Shown one piece after another: positions 61,680-64,000 of a stretch of 64,000 nt of DNA; within the stretch, counting starts at the first letter, position 1, and the number at the start of each line of letters is the position of its first letter. This stretch comes from Eledone cirrhosa (taxonomy: Eukaryota), in the NCBI GenBank assembly GCA_964016885.1, contig OZ024740.1, forward strand, positions 354,392,001-354,456,000. Reading direction: 5' to 3'. The translations under genes and the position numbers were made by a program. The notes under the pieces were generated by a model. The model was not told where the DNA came from. It saw nothing but the letters and a program-made list of their open reading frames with translations, and ran no database searches.

Positions 61680-62830
61680 TAATAATTTCTAATTCAGGCA
61701 CTAGGATAATAACTTTAGGAAATAATGGGAAAGTCAATTATATTGACCCCAGTACTTGACTGGTATTTTATTTTATCGACCTTGGAAGTATGAAAGGCAA
61801 AGATAACCTCAGCAAGATTTGAAATCTGAAAGTAAAGAGCTGGATCAAATGTTGCTACATGTTTGTCTGGTGCTCTAATGATTCTTCAAATCTTCACTCT
61901 CCAAATAAAAAGTTAAAATAAATAAAATCCCACTATGTTTGACTTTAACTTTCCTCCCTTAAAGGTCAATAAAACAAAATCTAGTCATACACTAATATTA
62001 ATTGATTGATGAAAAACTCAAACAAAAATTGACCTCGTATTTAATGATAATAACTAGTTCTATTTAGGCATGAGACCAGTAATTTGGGGATAGGAGACAG
62101 TCAATTAAATAAACTCCAGTACTCTATTAGTAATTTATTTTATTGACACCATAAAGATGAAAGGCAAAGTTAACCTTAGCAGCATCTGAACTCAGAACAT
62201 AAAGATCTAGAATAAATACTTAATGATAACATCATTTATATTATATAGTATATCATGATGTGAATTTAATTTAGGGTTGCCATGAAGCCAAAAGTTCAGA
62301 GATATATACCTCATCTACTTTGAATAATTGAAAAACCAGAAATACTGATTTCATATAGAATGTTTCGAAAGAGATGTCCATTGATGTTTATGAAAATATG
62401 GTGAAATTTATTGGCAATTCTATGAAAATTAAAAATAGCCACTTTCAAAGTATTCTTTGATTGTGTCTATTAATATATCTCCAATTACAGTTATTTTATA
62501 AATGCAATACTTTTTAAATGTTAAGATAATGAGTAAACAAAAATGGTAAAATGCTAAGCTACATTTTTACAATGTTTACTTTCATCCAACTAGTTTCTAA
62601 GTTCTCTGGCCAGAATTAATTTTAACATTCATTTCTCTGGGGTTGATAATTAAAAATAACTACCAGTTATGTTCATAAGCAGCAAATTGGCAGAGTCATT
62701 AGATAGAATGCTTTATGGTATTTGTTCCAGCTCTCTGCTCTTTGAGTTCAAATCCCGCCGAGGTCAACTTTGCCTTTCATCCTTTCGAGGTCAATAAAAA
62801 TAAAAGTATCAGTCTAGTACTGGGGTCGGT
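61680..62830. mobile_element. Cluster of three older S1-related SINEs (about 61680-61880 -, 62050-62220 -, 62680-62830 +)
   Basis: Each carries the GCCTTTCAT...GTC(G/A)ATAAAAT core and a B box, diverged from the young copies. Confidence 0.7.
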
Positions 62831-63947
62831 TCTTCCTCCATATCTCTTTCTCATTTCCTCTCTCTCACTTTCTATCTTTCTTTGAAAGAAATCTGCTGTA
62901 CTCAGGCCTGGAGAGGGATGGGCTCCGCCAGGCTTTAAATGCTCAATGGTAATACAGTATCCCTACAACTCCCCCAGGAGTTACGGGACGATATATATAT
63001 ATATACATACCAGTAATGTTCAGAGGTCAATTAGATCAACTATCCCTTCTCTCCTTTTAAAAAAAATGGATATTTGTTAAATATTGTTGCTACTAAGCGG
63101 CTTTTAAATCAACTCTTAACAGCAGCAGAGTTATTTAACATTTAACTAGTCATAAGTAACCCATCTACATTATACTAAGATTCAGAAGTTAAAACACGAG
63201 ATCCTAATTTTAAAATTACAGAGATTTTCATAATGGGGATTTGGGGTGCTAAATCACACATGTCAATTATTTCCATAATATTACACAATATACATCAGCT
63301 ACTTAAATAGGTCAGTTTATACAACATAATATATCTCTTACCCCTGAGTAATCATCAGGCTGTTCATGTTTATATATGGTTGATTCAGAGGAAGGATAAT
63401 TATGCTACACACAAACAGAAGTTAAACACATTTGCTCAAGATGCCACACAGTAGGATAGAAATTAAGACGTTTTAAACCCACAGCTATGCACACATCTGA
63501 TTAATAAGCCAAAAACGGATAGTTACCAGGACTGGATTAAGTTCTTTTAAGGCTATAAGAAATTAAAAGATATGGCACTTCCCATATATAAAGTCTGAAA
63601 AAATGTATATTTCTGGAATGACAAATACATTTAATTTGAATGAAATGGTGTCCCCCTCCCCTTGATGCTCTCTATATGTATTTTGCTTATTAGTTAATCT
63701 AGCCTTGCTTACTACCAATAAAAGCCATATGTCCCAGAGATTACTCCAAATCATCTTTAAAAAGGGGATGAGACATTGCATGATATCATCTTAGTGTGAA
63801 ATAAAGGCAGGATGGTGAAAGCTGGAATGCCTTTCATCATATATCTAAGTCTTAAAAACAACTATATATATATATATTCACATGCAATAAGTTATTTAAA
63901 AGAAATCAATCATATCATGAATTATAAAAGAAATCAGTTTTACTCAC

Positions 63948-64000
63948 AAAATTTCTCTTGTGTAAAGTTAAGTTCTTCCATGTCAGTAAGGTTAAAAATT
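63948..64000 (-). CDS. ABCA1: ABCA1-like transporter, first visible coding exon (5' end cut off by the window)
   Basis: Translates FLTLLTWKNLTLHKRNF, matching the ABCA N-terminal motif (human ABCA1 QLRLLLWKNLTFRRRQ). GTGAGT donor at 63947, phase 0. Confidence 0.9.

Overview
This is AT-rich eukaryotic genomic DNA. The repeat content suggests an octopod cephalopod, but that is an inference. The whole window lies inside one large minus-strand gene for an ABCA1/4/7-like lipid transporter. I reconstructed 12 consecutive in-frame coding exons (about 586 codons), running from the N-terminal WKN motif through TM1 and most of extracellular domain 1. The gene is open at both window ends, and one intron has a GC-AG junction. 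The introns hold a near-complete Mag-clade Ty3/Gypsy LTR retrotransposon, four RTE-clade LINE copies (three show a PHD finger inside the RT ORF), a decayed maT/mariner transposon, a CRE-like fragment, many tRNA-derived SINEs, several MITEs and kb-scale (TA)/(TACA) microsatellites. There are no prokaryotic features and no CRISPR array. The strongest leads are: the PHD finger in the RTE RT; loss of both cysteines of a conserved ABCA disulfide; a SINE B-box fragment captured in both LTRs; intronic fold-back dsRNA; a structured, possibly ribozyme-like module; and an intronic ETS-type promoter candidate. All are hypotheses from reading the sequence by eye.
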